This document shows positions 19,095-28,279 of a stretch of DNA of 64,000 nt, one piece after another. The notes below the pieces were generated by a model. The model saw only the letters and a list, made by a program, of their open reading frames with translations, made no database searches and was not told the origin of the DNA. The stretch comes from a virus (lineage: Duplodnaviria; Caudoviricetes). Each line of letters begins with the position of its first letter. The first letter of the stretch is position 1. The position numbers were made by a program, and so were the translations under genes. The stretch lies in the IMG/VR virus record IMGVR_UViG_3300031992_000019. One strand, 5' to 3'.

Positions 19095-19499
19095 TTAGGT
19101 AGCTAATTGGTCTGGAGAATCTTGGCTGGATCCGTCGGCCGGGATGGGGTTGATGTCCGCACAGCGCATGCCTTCGTTGAAAGCCTTCTTCGCGTGCTTG
19201 TGGGCGTGGTGAAGGGCGGACTTGATCTCGGTCTCACTGGAACCGGCTGCCGTCATGGCTTCTCTTATCGCCGTGCGAAGGCCTTCCAGGTATTTCTGTC
19301 TCCACTTGCGGCGGGCTCTCTTCGCCATGTCGGCCACTGAGGTCGGGTGGCTGCACGTGACGATCTGCTCCTGCTGGTCTTCTCTGAGGTGGTGCTTGCA
19401 TTCGTTACATACCCACGAACCAACCGTGCAGTCTTTGCCGAACGGACAGGGGGTCAGGAACTCGTTCCCTTCTTCTTTGTATTCGTACTTGATCTTCAT
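19095..19499 (-). CDS. Cys-rich hypothetical protein
   Basis: Likely start MKIKYEY; CPF...VGSWVCNEC. Confidence 0.6.
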   Translation of the reverse strand: MKIKYEYKEEGNEFLTPCPFGKDCTVGSWVCNECKHHLREDQQEQIVTCSHPTSVADMAKRARRKWRQKYLEGLRTAIREAMTAAGSSETEIKSALHHAHKHAKKAFNEGMRCADINPIPADGSSQDSPDQLAT

Positions 19500-19510
19500 G
19501 GCTGCGGGGG

Positions 19511-19864
19511 TTAGAATGGCTCGTTGTCTTCCTGTGTGGGATAAGGTGGCATCTCGGGAGAGGTGGACATCCAGAGCTCGATGAATCGGGGCTCCTCTTC
19601 CCATGTGGGAGGCTCCATCGCTGTGAGCATGAACTTGGGGACAAGAGCAACTTCGCTGCCGTCAGCTCCTTCCCATATTCCCAGCTCGTAGTTGCGGGAA
19701 GGTTTAAGGTCGTAGAGAAACACGTCGCCGTTGCGGTCGGTGGCGATGTAGCCGATGAAGACGGTGGTGGCACGGTTGACACGATGGGCGAGTAGGCCGA
19801 TAACGATGAGGAGGGCGAGTGCCAGGAGGGCGAGGCCGATCCAAAGAATTGCGGTGGGGACCAT
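19511..19864 (-). CDS. Membrane-anchored hypothetical protein
   Basis: N-terminal TM helix followed by a YIATDRNG..FLY...P domain. Confidence 0.6.
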   Translation of the reverse strand: MVPTAILWIGLALLALALLIVIGLLAHRVNRATTVFIGYIATDRNGDVFLYDLKPSRNYELGIWEGADGSEVALVPKFMLTAMEPPTWEEEPRFIELWMSTSPEMPPYPTQEDNEPF

Positions 19865-19918
19865 AGTTTTTTTTGATGTTAAAGGGTTATTATTTGGGTT
19901 TGTTAATAAGTTATGTCG

Positions 19919-22900
19919 TTAGAAGGGGGTCCCGCTGTCGGGGTCGTGATATCCATCGTCGGGTGGCAGGATCGTCTCTGGAGGGAGCGGTGGCATCATG
20001 CCAACCATGGAGGAGTCGGTGAAGCTGCCGCCATCGGTGGGAGACTGAGGAACCTGGAGGGGCGCTGTGCCCTGGATCTCCTCGGGTTCCGGTGCATCGT
20101 CGGCGACACGTTGGCGCTTCTGCTCGAAGTACTGGATGAGGGCGTCGCGGTCGTTGACCAGGATGACCACCTCGACCACTCCGTCGTAGCCTTCCATGCG
20201 GGCGTTGCGGACGTTGTTGAAGCGGACGTTGGGCGATGTCTTTCGGTTGCAGAGTTCCTTGGGGTTGAAGTCGAGGTCGTAGTAGTTGGCGAAGTGACGG
20301 AGCTTCTGCATGAAGGTCTGAGAGCTGAGCGTCTCGCATCCGCGCACCTGACGGGCGAGTTCCTGGATATCGCGGCGGACGACTTCGCAGTTGAGGTGTG
20401 GAGGGATGGCAGGCTGCTCCGGAACCTGCCCGTGGGCTGGAATCTTCTCACGTCCGAAGAAGTAGTCCTTGGCCCAGTCGTGGAAGGGCTTGCCCATGGC
20501 ATCGAGGTCGGCACGCTTCATGATGTTCTGCATCGGTGGCGTGAACTTCGGGCCGAAGATCTCGGAGAGCCGGAGGTAGTCCTGGCAGCAGTCGATGGCG
20601 AAGTTGAAGTCGGCATTCCAGTCGGCCTCGGTGTACTCCTCATCGTGCAGCTCCATGTCGAAGTCGTCGTGGATGTTCCAGCGCTCCTCCCCTGTCTCGG
20701 GCTGTTCGCCGTGGTAGTAGTCGCTCTGGATCTCCGGAAGGATACGCTCCATGGTGGATGGCGAGAAGTCGGGCATGACGTAGTTGGACGAAAGCATGAA
20801 CTTGGGGGTCTCGGATGCGGTCAGCTCGAACGACTCCTTGTTCTTTCGGTTTACGGTCATCGTGCCGGTGATCTGCGAGTAGAGGGAGGTCAGCTTGAAG
20901 TCCTTGCCACAGTCGTCGAAGTAGCAGATGTCGGTGTCGCGGGTCACTCGCTCCCACTGGAACGAGCCGAAGAGGTTCTTCACGTCGCGGCCGTCGAAGC
21001 GGACCACCTTGCGCCCGCATTGGGTGATGAAGTTCGAGATGAACGACTTGCCGGAGCGTCCGTTGCATCGCCCCTCCTCGTCGATCTTGTTGTCGAGGAA
21101 CATCATGGCGACGCTACGGCTGGCCACCTTGCGGCGGTAGAGCATGTAGCCGGTGCCGAAGACCTTGGCGACGTAGGTGTCGATCTGCTCCTGACGCTCG
21201 TGCTCGAAGAGGGCGGGTCCCTGCACGGTGAAGCGGTTGGCGGCTCGGTAGGCCTTGGCACCTTCGGGGTCGTTGTCCCATCGTGTCTGCAGCTCTTCAC
21301 GCCAGTAGAGGCGGGACGAGTTGAGGTAGACGCCCTGGACGTTGCTCTGAGGCCATGGCTGGCCGTCGCGCTCCTTGTAATTAACCTGCAGGTTAACCTT
21401 GCGGTGGCCGTCGGGAGTGGTGACGACCTCGATGTCGTGCGAACGGCGAAGGCGACGGAAGGGGTGCTTGATGATCTTGTCGGCCCAGACGTAGTAGCCA
21501 GAGGGATGGCTGTCCAGGCCACGGACCTCGACCTTGTCCTTCGAGACCTCGACGAGGCAGTTCGAGAAGAAGAAGATCTGAGACGTGGGGGTGCAATCGA
21601 CCATGTTGAACTTCCGGATGGAGATGCCCTGCACGTCGGGGTCCTTGAGTCGCTTGACCTTGTTACGGATGGGCTTGGGGCAATAGTTGGCGGGATCCTG
21701 GCACCAGCGATTGAGGAAGGCAAGCATCTGGGTGGTGGAGCTCTCCTCGATGATGTAGCCGTGGACCTTGACCACCTGGTCGGGATCGACCGTGCCGTCG
21801 TCGAAGCGGCAGTAGCCGTTGAGTTCGAGGAAGTAGTGCAGCTGCTCCATGTCGAGCTCGTACTTGATACCCTTCTTCTCGTCTTCCTTCTCCTGCCAGA
21901 AGCGGGAGGGCAGCGCCTTGTCCAGGAGCCCCTCGAACCAGCCCCTGACAGGGTGCAGCTCCATGGCGTCGCGGAGGTCCTTCGACATCTTGTGGCGGTC
22001 GTTGATGCCTTCCATACGTCCCCAGTGGAGCCACGCGGTCTTCACCTTCGGGTACTGCAGGGCGAGAGCAGCACCGCGGTCGCGGCCTGTGCCGTCGATG
22101 TCGGGGATGGAGTAGATGGTCTCGGCGATGGCCTCCAGCTGCTTCATCTCGGACGGCTTGATGTCGATGGTCTCGCTGTTGAACCACACGGGGTGGTAGC
22201 CCATGTAGGCAGCCACGAGGGAGTCACGCTCGCCGCAGCAGATGAGCAGCTCGGGGAGCTTGACGGTGTCGGGCTCCACATCCTTGGAACATCCGCGACG
22301 CATGGCCTGGAGTGCATCCTTGGCTTCGTCGAGGCCGTTGATGTAGCTCTCCGGCTTGATGCCCGTGGGATAGTACTGGAACTTCGGCTCACGGGTCTCC
22401 TTCCCATCCTTTGTGACCCACGAGGCCGGCTGGGCCTTGTAGATCTTGACGAACGGCTGGCCTTCGGCCGTGCGGCATTCGCGGTAGAAGACCATGTAGT
22501 CGCGCGAACAGGGCGAAATGACGGTGGTACACGTTCCATCAGCCTTGGGGTGACCCGTTGTGGCTATGGATTCGCACGAATGCCAGTGCAGGGCCTTGAC
22601 CGTCTCCTGAGCCTTCTGGAGGCCGGCTGTGGTGTTGACCATGGGGCCGAAGAGGAACAGGAGCTCGTCGGTGGTCATCTCGGGCCGTGTGCCGAACTTG
22701 ATGGAGCCGGGGGCCTCGTCCTTCTGGGCGGGTCGGAACACCTTCTTCGGGCCGGTGTCGCGCGGGCCGTCGGCGATGATGTAGCCCATGTAGCGGCAGA
22801 GGGCCTTGAGGTTGTCGTAGTAGGTGTCGGTGCGGTCGCTTAGATTCTGCTCACGGATGAACAGCGCCCACCATGAGAGGCCGTTCTCGCCTCCGTGATC

Positions 22901-23098
22901 CTTGAAGTACCACTCACCGTTCTGCCCGCGGTAGAGGTAGCAGGAGGCGTTCTTGTCGTCGTAGAACGGCGAACGGAACGGCTTGGAGTTCTTGTGCGTC
23001 TGGCAGTAGGAGGCCACGTCCTGCGAGAGCCCGAGGAGCTTGACCAGAACGTCGAGGCCGTTGCCTGAGCGTTGGAGTATATCTTCTTTGGAGACCAT
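19919..23098 (-). CDS. DNA primase-helicase
   Basis: N-terminal SPFYDDKNAS...FKDHG region, TOPRIM-like CGERD/PDIDGTG, C-terminal P-loop NGRSGKS and FDD. Confidence 0.8.
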   Translation of the reverse strand: MVSKEDILQRSGNGLDVLVKLLGLSQDVASYCQTHKNSKPFRSPFYDDKNASCYLYRGQNGEWYFKDHGGENGLSWWALFIREQNLSDRTDTYYDNLKALCRYMGYIIADGPRDTGPKKVFRPAQKDEAPGSIKFGTRPEMTTDELLFLFGPMVNTTAGLQKAQETVKALHWHSCESIATTGHPKADGTCTTVISPCSRDYMVFYRECRTAEGQPFVKIYKAQPASWVTKDGKETREPKFQYYPTGIKPESYINGLDEAKDALQAMRRGCSKDVEPDTVKLPELLICCGERDSLVAAYMGYHPVWFNSETIDIKPSEMKQLEAIAETIYSIPDIDGTGRDRGAALALQYPKVKTAWLHWGRMEGINDRHKMSKDLRDAMELHPVRGWFEGLLDKALPSRFWQEKEDEKKGIKYELDMEQLHYFLELNGYCRFDDGTVDPDQVVKVHGYIIEESSTTQMLAFLNRWCQDPANYCPKPIRNKVKRLKDPDVQGISIRKFNMVDCTPTSQIFFFSNCLVEVSKDKVEVRGLDSHPSGYYVWADKIIKHPFRRLRRSHDIEVVTTPDGHRKVNLQVNYKERDGQPWPQSNVQGVYLNSSRLYWREELQTRWDNDPEGAKAYRAANRFTVQGPALFEHERQEQIDTYVAKVFGTGYMLYRRKVASRSVAMMFLDNKIDEEGRCNGRSGKSFISNFITQCGRKVVRFDGRDVKNLFGSFQWERVTRDTDICYFDDCGKDFKLTSLYSQITGTMTVNRKNKESFELTASETPKFMLSSNYVMPDFSPSTMERILPEIQSDYYHGEQPETGEERWNIHDDFDMELHDEEYTEADWNADFNFAIDCCQDYLRLSEIFGPKFTPPMQNIMKRADLDAMGKPFHDWAKDYFFGREKIPAHGQVPEQPAIPPHLNCEVVRRDIQELARQVRGCETLSSQTFMQKLRHFANYYDLDFNPKELCNRKTSPNVRFNNVRNARMEGYDGVVEVVILVNDRDALIQYFEQKRQRVADDAPEPEEIQGTAPLQVPQSPTDGGSFTDSSMVGMMPPLPPETILPPDDGYHDPDSGTPF

Positions 23099-23135
23099 TT
23101 CTTGCTGTAGGTAATGTTACGGATTTACGGGCGTG

Positions 23136-23741
23136 TCAGTTCCAGGGGAGGTCGTCGATGGGCCCCTGCTGATTGAGGCGTGAGACCATCGGGTTGCGCT
23201 TGCGTTCGCGGCCTCTCCACTCGTAGAACGAGGTGATGAAGGCATCGGCAGCGTGGTGGGCGCATGGCATGTAGATGGCATCGTCGAGGCGCTCCATGCT
23301 CCCGGTCTGGAACTGGCAGAACCCGAGCGACTCGCTCAGCTCGACCACGGCGATGCCCTGGGCCTTGGCGAAGGCCACCTCGGCCAGACAGCCGCGCGAC
23401 GACTCCCATCCGTCGAGAACCACGACGAGGTTGGCCTGGCTGATGACGTGCAGATCTTCGAGCAGGTAATCGACATCGGAGAGGCGGCGGGGCGTGGCGT
23501 AGGCGGGGTTGAACATCGCGGCACGCCTGGCCTCGGCCTTGACAGCTTCATTGAGACGGATGGCAGCGTCGAGCGGAGACATGACGTTGATGGCACAGTT
23601 GCCGCCACCGTATTGCTCGGCCCATAGCTTGCGGAAGCCTGCGTTGAGCACTTCCTGGATGTAGTTCTTGGCACGTTCGGCGCGGTCGCGGGTGTCGGCC
23701 TCAGAGTGGCCGTGCATCGGGAGGGATATGTAGATGATCAT
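23136..23741 (-). CDS. DUF4406-like (nucleoside deoxyribosyltransferase-like fold) protein
   Basis: IYISLPMHG and LDGWESSRGCLAE motifs; likely start 23741. Confidence 0.7.
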   Translation of the reverse strand: MIIYISLPMHGHSEADTRDRAERAKNYIQEVLNAGFRKLWAEQYGGGNCAINVMSPLDAAIRLNEAVKAEARRAAMFNPAYATPRRLSDVDYLLEDLHVISQANLVVVLDGWESSRGCLAEVAFAKAQGIAVVELSESLGFCQFQTGSMERLDDAIYMPCAHHAADAFITSFYEWRGRERKRNPMVSRLNQQGPIDDLPWN

Positions 23742-23780
23742 GATGAAAGTCGGGTGTTTGGGTGTCTGCGGATGAAGATC

Positions 23781-23946
23781 GACGAGGCGAGGAGCGGAGC
23801 GAGGGTTTTGAAACCCCTGGATTTGCAATTTTTGAAAAATGAGCTTTGCGTAAAAAAAATGATTTCTATATGTATTTATATAGGTACAAAACAATGGCAA
23901 ATGTTTGTGCCTTGATTCACGATTTCGCTCCGCTCCTCCAATCGTC
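23781..23946. repeat. 14-bp perfect inverted repeat (extendable to ~22 bp) enclosing an AT-rich core
   Basis: GAGGAGCGGAGCGA at 23789-23802 / TCGCTCCGCTCCTC at 23925-23938. Confidence 0.85.
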
Positions 23947-24096
23947 CCTGTCATTTCTTCATGGGCAAACGGGTGTTAAAGGGTTAAACAATAGGGTTAA
24001 CTATTCGCTCAAATAAAACACTTAGGGTCGGGATAAAAGCCGCCGCCTGGCTCACGCCTGTCGGCGGTGAAATACTTTATAATGATTCAGGATATG

Positions 24097-24603
24097 CTAT
24101 GTGTTGAACGAGCCGCTACGACCACGCTCGAAGAAGTCGATGATATCCTTGTAGGGCTCGAGGTGCATGCGGCGCTGCACGACGTTGATGATGCCAAGCT
24201 CCTCGAGGTGGATGGTGCTGTTGTCGATGCCGTTGGCGTCGCGGGCTTCGATGAACGAGCTGACCGACATCCTGGAGAGCTGCTCGGTGAACATGTCGCG
24301 GATGAAGGTGAGCTGGTCGTCGGAGAAGAGCTGCTCGGTGTCGTACTCGAGGGAGATGTGGTACTGGATGACAGCGTGGCCACCGTCGAACTCGTCGTCG
24401 GCCTGCATCTCCTTGCGGAACGACTTGAGGCTTGGCTCGTCGATGGTCTGACGCCATCCGCGGGCGAGGTGGCCGTTCTTCTCGGGGTTGAACCACTCCC
24501 AGAGCTGGGCGAGGTTCTCGAAGGTCTTGACGTCGGCAGCCTCGACGATGGGCTTGCCCACGTTGGGCACCAGGCGCTTGATGCGGAAAACAAAAAGATT
24601 CAT
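24097..24603 (-). CDS. Hypothetical protein
   Basis: Likely start MNLFVF; codon usage fits phage B. Confidence 0.6.
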   Translation of the reverse strand: MNLFVFRIKRLVPNVGKPIVEAADVKTFENLAQLWEWFNPEKNGHLARGWRQTIDEPSLKSFRKEMQADDEFDGGHAVIQYHISLEYDTEQLFSDDQLTFIRDMFTEQLSRMSVSSFIEARDANGIDNSTIHLEELGIINVVQRRMHLEPYKDIIDFFERGRSGSFNT

Positions 24604-24818
24604 GGGGTTGATGGTTTTGTGTACTTGGTGTGGTATTCCCTGGTTAAAAATACATAAGTGTCCGGACGATAGCGGAAGTGAGTGCAGCAGCTCTTCTTCG
24701 GCATTGTTTGAAAATGTAGCGTGCAATACACCACGCCATGGCCGGACGTCGGGGCCGAATGCTTGCAGTGCTGGCAGCGCATCCGTCGGATCCACTCGAA
24801 CTCATTGGCCGTCGGCAT
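24600..24818 (-). CDS. Small Cys/His-rich protein
   Basis: CQHCKH...YC...CC. Confidence 0.5.
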   Translation of the reverse strand: MPTANEFEWIRRMRCQHCKHSAPTSGHGVVYCTLHFQTMPKKSCCTHFRYRPDTYVFLTREYHTKYTKPSTP

Positions 24819-25212
24819 TGGGGGACATCTCCTTCTCCTTGGCCAGGATGCGGCGCTTCGTGGCAAGCTCCTGCATGAAGCCCTCGATCATGTCCATGTA
24901 CTGCTGTTCACTCTCGGGGCCGAAGATTTCCTCGATCCAGTGGCCGACGGAGGCGATCATCATCGAGCAGACCTCCTTGTTGCGTGTCATTATTCCGGCG
25001 ATCATCTGGATGACCTGGCCAACTTTCTCATGGTCGGGACAGGAACAGGCCACGCTGACGGCCTTGCCATCCTGTGGAGGCTCTGAACCGAAGAGGACCA
25101 GCAGGTGGTCGGGGTAGCATTCATCGGTGGTCTCAGCGAACTGACGGCAGGCCGTGATGAAGAACGACGGCTCAGTCGGCTTTGCCTTCTCGGCTTTCTT
25201 CTTTCTACTCAT
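24802..25212 (-). CDS. Hypothetical protein
   Basis: Likely start MSRKKK, coupled to the upstream ORF. Confidence 0.6.
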   Translation of the reverse strand: MSRKKKAEKAKPTEPSFFITACRQFAETTDECYPDHLLVLFGSEPPQDGKAVSVACSCPDHEKVGQVIQMIAGIMTRNKEVCSMMIASVGHWIEEIFGPESEQQYMDMIEGFMQELATKRRILAKEKEMSPNADGQ

Positions 25213-25502
25213 AGTCTTTGCATTTTGAATGTTATGGGTTCTTGTTGTAGTCCGTGGTGGATGCAGTAGTGGCGGTAGGAGTTGGCCAGCCGGATGACGA
25301 GGGGCCGCTCGTCGCATCGGCACTGCCACCAGGGGTAGGATAGGATCTCGTCGGCCGACATCTCACAGCCCCACCATTGGGAGCGATGGGCCTTGAGGAA
25401 GTCGAGCAGCTCGGATCGGTGGCGGGCGATGGCCGGGCGGTCGCTCCATCGGACGATGTAGGTCTCAACATACGCCTTGAGAGTTATGTCCACCGTTTTC
25501 AT
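25209..25502 (-). CDS. Hypothetical protein
   Basis: 97-aa ORF. Confidence 0.55.
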   Translation of the reverse strand: MKTVDITLKAYVETYIVRWSDRPAIARHRSELLDFLKAHRSQWWGCEMSADEILSYPWWQCRCDERPLVIRLANSYRHYCIHHGLQQEPITFKMQRL

Positions 25503-25629
25503 AGTGTTTATGGCCTACGACGATACAGAGGGCGAGGGAACCGAGGCCAAGCCAGAACGTGGCGTTCCAGCAGAGGGCCACGAGCGAGGCGACGAGCCAG
25601 GCGAGGAGGAGGAAGGGTGTGCGGTTCAT
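25465..25629 (-). CDS. Small two-TM membrane protein (54 aa)
   Basis: Manual translation MNRTPFLLLAWLVASLVALCWNATFWLGLGSLALCIVVG... Confidence 0.5.
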   Translation of the reverse strand: MNRTPFLLLAWLVASLVALCWNATFWLGLGSLALCIVVGHKHYENGGHNSQGVC

Positions 25630-25757
25630 AGCAGGTAGTCGTCGCCTTCGTACATGTTTCCGAGTTCGCTGGTCGGGTCAATCCACACTGCAATGTGAAG
25701 GAGACCGAGGACTATGATAAGCAGTCCCAGGCAGAGCCATTCTCTAATTTTTTTCAT
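25626..25757 (-). CDS. Small single-TM protein (43 aa)
   Basis: Manual translation MKKIREWLCLGLLIIVLGLLHIAVW...; ATGA-coupled to the next ORF. Confidence 0.5.
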   Translation of the reverse strand: MKKIREWLCLGLLIIVLGLLHIAVWIDPTSELGNMYEGDDYLL

Positions 25758-25981
25758 AGATCTAAATTTTTTTTAAGGGTTGATATTTGGGTTTGTTTAG
25801 TTTCACCTTAATCCCGACAGGCCTCGGTCCTCCCCGCAATTTTGCAAAATAACCAAAATTCGACGATTGCGTGTTAATAATAGGGGTTAACTTGGGAGGG
25901 CCTTGCCCGTCTCCGTCTTACTTCATAGGCCGTGGGGTTTTGGGTTGATAATTTTGGGTTAAAACACTATTTGGCACCAAG

Positions 25982-26128
25982 TGGTGCAGCCGTGGCGTGA
26001 GATTGTCCTGCTTGTGACCGTCTGGTGCAGCCGTGGCGTGAGATTGTCCTGCTTCGTACCGAGGAGAGCAGCACCCATCGTGAGATCGTACTACTTCGTA
26101 CCGAGTGGAGCAATCTTGCCGCAAGATT
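25982..26128. repeat. Degenerate ~41-bp tandem repeat array
   Basis: TGGTGCAGCCGTGGCGTGAGATTGTCCTGCTT exact at 25982 and 26023, followed by diverged units. Confidence 0.8.
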
Positions 26129-26595
26129 CAGGCACTCGAACGCTGGGAACCGAAGCACAGCGTGAGGAAGGCCTCCGAGAACCGGGTGGCAGCATATCGG
26201 GCCGTGTCTGCGTCGCGGAAGGCGAGGGCGATGGGATATTGTCCCTGCATCAGACCTTGGCCATCTACGAGGGGCGAACGGTCGGGATAGACGCGGACGA
26301 TGGCGTGATGATAGATTCGCCCACACTGGCACTCGATGGGCCAGTTGGCCTTGTCGTGAGGTGCGAGGTGGCCGTACTCGGTGTCGCTCAGCACATCGAA
26401 CCACACAAACCAGCGGATCTCCTGGGTGGCGTGGCTTGGCTTCCATCCGTCGTTCAGCGCCTCGACTATGTAGCGGAGGGCGATGAAGGCGCGGACATCA
26501 TCGGGCAGGCCTTGCGTCTGGGCCTTGTACTGGTCGATGGTCACTCCACAGATGCGGAGGGCATCGTCGAGGGTACGGATATCTTCCTTTTTCAT
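26128..26595 (-). CDS. Bacteroidota-phage-type hypothetical protein
   Basis: IRTLDDAL...EALNDGWKP...WF...LAF...A.YAATRF pattern. Confidence 0.7.
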   Translation of the reverse strand: MKKEDIRTLDDALRICGVTIDQYKAQTQGLPDDVRAFIALRYIVEALNDGWKPSHATQEIRWFVWFDVLSDTEYGHLAPHDKANWPIECQCGRIYHHAIVRVYPDRSPLVDGQGLMQGQYPIALAFRDADTARYAATRFSEAFLTLCFGSQRSSA

Positions 26596-26924
26596 AGCTC
26601 GTCGAAATTGATCTTTGTCTGCGATGGCGGGTCGATGACCTCCTCACGTGCTCCGAACTTCGCCTCCTCTCCCATCTCGTTGATGTACTCGTCGGGGGTG
26701 AGGATTCGGCCGTCGGTGGTGAGGATGTCCTGCATGTCGTCATCGACTTCGGTGGCTGTGGTCTCACAGCTGTCCACCTCTGGACCGTCGAAGTCGGAGT
26801 CGTCGATCAGGAAGTCGTAGATGTGCTTGTTGGCAAGCTCCAAGGCCTGCTCAGGGCTGTCGGCCTCGACGTGGATGTAAGCGGTCTTTATTACCGACAC
26901 TTCGTAGATGTTGTTTGTTCTCAT
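26592..26924 (-). CDS. Acidic hypothetical protein
   Basis: VEADSPEQALELA motif. Confidence 0.65.
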   Translation of the reverse strand: MRTNNIYEVSVIKTAYIHVEADSPEQALELANKHIYDFLIDDSDFDGPEVDSCETTATEVDDDMQDILTTDGRILTPDEYINEMGEEAKFGAREEVIDPPSQTKINFDEL

Positions 26925-27051
26925 ATATTGGGGGAATTTAAGTCTTGTAAAAACCCCTTTCTGTCTCCCGACTGTAAGGGGAAAAATGTCTGCTTATGAA
27001 ATTACATTTCTTATATGGATTACAGCATTGAAATGGATTTGTCAAAGAAAA

Positions 27052-27181
27052 GCCGTGGAGGTCGCCAAGTTTTGCGAGAGTCGCGGACAGGTGTGGCCTG
27101 CCTATCCGGCCGTCTATCGTTCACTTCTTGTGTGCCGAAAGGTTCCGTCCTGAGCTGCCTGGGAGCACACCCCTCCACGGC
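27052..27181 (-). ncRNA. Candidate closed multi-stem RNA just downstream of cro
   Basis: 10-bp terminal pairing GCCGTGGAGG/CCTCCACGGC; internal stems GTGTGC/GCACAC, GGCC/GGCC, GCGA/TCGC. Confidence 0.4.
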
Positions 27182-27186
27182 GTGGG

Positions 27187-27372
27187 TTATGTTGACAACT
27201 CGACCAGCTGGCCACCGAACTGGGTGAGGGCGACGTGGCGGATCCTCTTCGCAAGGTCGGAGTCGCGGTTGTAGTTCAGAGCGTTTGCAACCATGCCCTG
27301 GGTACACCCGAAGACCTCGGCCAACTTGGCCTGCTGCCCGTGTTTAATTATTATTTTCTCTTTTTTGCTCAT
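27187..27372 (-). CDS. Cro-like HTH regulator
   Basis: QAKLAEVFGCTQGMVANAL HTH; divergent from the repressor. Confidence 0.75.
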   Translation of the reverse strand: MSKKEKIIIKHGQQAKLAEVFGCTQGMVANALNYNRDSDLAKRIRHVALTQFGGQLVELST

Positions 27373-27430
27373 TTTTTTGGATGTTTGAGGGAAAATCCTT
27401 ATATTTGGGGCGTGAATAATTATTTCACGG

Positions 27431-27464
27431 TGCAAAGATAAGATTTTATAAGATACGCACCAAA
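27431..27464 (-). promoter_or_regulatory. Early lytic promoter
   Basis: TTTG-N20-TATCTTTGCA. Confidence 0.7.
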
Positions 27465-27561
27465 TTTTGTGGCGGAATCTTACACGAATTAAATATATTT
27501 TAACATATAACCTATGAATTATATGCTGTAAAACACATTATTCACCTTAAAAGTTTAAGTT

Positions 27562-27957
27562 ATGACTACCATCAAAGAAAGAATTTATCGGATTGTCGAA
27601 GCTGAGCACCTAACTCCTCACGCTTTTGAGGTGCGCTGCAACCTCACAAATGGGTATATTAAGAACATCCGAGAGGAGATAGGTTCCAAAAAGTTGGAAC
27701 TTATCTTAAAGAGTTTCCCACAAGTCTCCCCAGCCTGGTTACTCCTGGGAGAGGGCGAAATGCTGCGAAAAGATGACAACTGCAACTGTCAGACAGCCCA
27801 CGGCGTGGACATCTCCCAGACGATGATCAACCAGCCCCCGGACATCGCCACCCTCATCGAGCAGCTCAGAGCGAAGGACGAGCAGATCCGCCACCTGCAG
27901 AACCAGGCAGCATCCCTCACCGAGATGCTCCACCACGTCATGTGCAGCCCTAAATAG
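27562..27957 (+). CDS. Phage repressor (XRE-type HTH)
   Basis: IKERI...F...C.L.NGY...VSPAWLLLGEGEML plus a C-terminal coiled coil. Confidence 0.85.
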   Translation: MTTIKERIYRIVEAEHLTPHAFEVRCNLTNGYIKNIREEIGSKKLELILKSFPQVSPAWLLLGEGEMLRKDDNCNCQTAHGVDISQTMINQPPDIATLIEQLRAKDEQIRHLQNQAASLTEMLHHVMCSPK

Positions 27958-28066
27958 TGGAAACTCTTCGCCAAAAATCGCCAAAAAGGGTGGAAACTCT
28001 TCGCCAAAAAATCGCCAAAAAGGGTGGAAACTCTTCGCCAAAAAGCTCGCCAAATTCTCGCCAAAA
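27957..28066 (+). repeat. Three 33-34-bp tandem repeats rich in TCGCCAAA
   Basis: GTGGAAACTCTTCGCCAAAAA starts at 27957, 27990 and 28024. Confidence 0.9.
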
Positions 28067-28279
28067 TCCCATCACCAACCAATCCCCCACCCCATCCCTA
28101 TGACCTCCAAACCCACATCAAAGAAGGGGCCCTCGACTTGCGAGACCCCCTCCAGCTCCACCATCGTGGCAGATAATGCCACGAATGACAGAGAGTTACA
28201 AGAAGGGCGAGAAAAAAATCTCGCCAAAAGTTCGACAACATCTTTCCCGAATTTTTCTGAGATTCGGGAAAGAAAAAAA

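Noticed and set aside
19913-22843. 976-aa + strand ORF
   Set aside because: Antisense shadow of the GC-rich primase gene, caused by codon bias; no recognisable motifs
25982-26128. Possible mini-CRISPR array
   Set aside because: Gaps of only ~9 bp and degenerate repeats; no cas genes
27957-28066. Possible CRISPR array
   Set aside because: Head-to-tail repeats with no unique spacers
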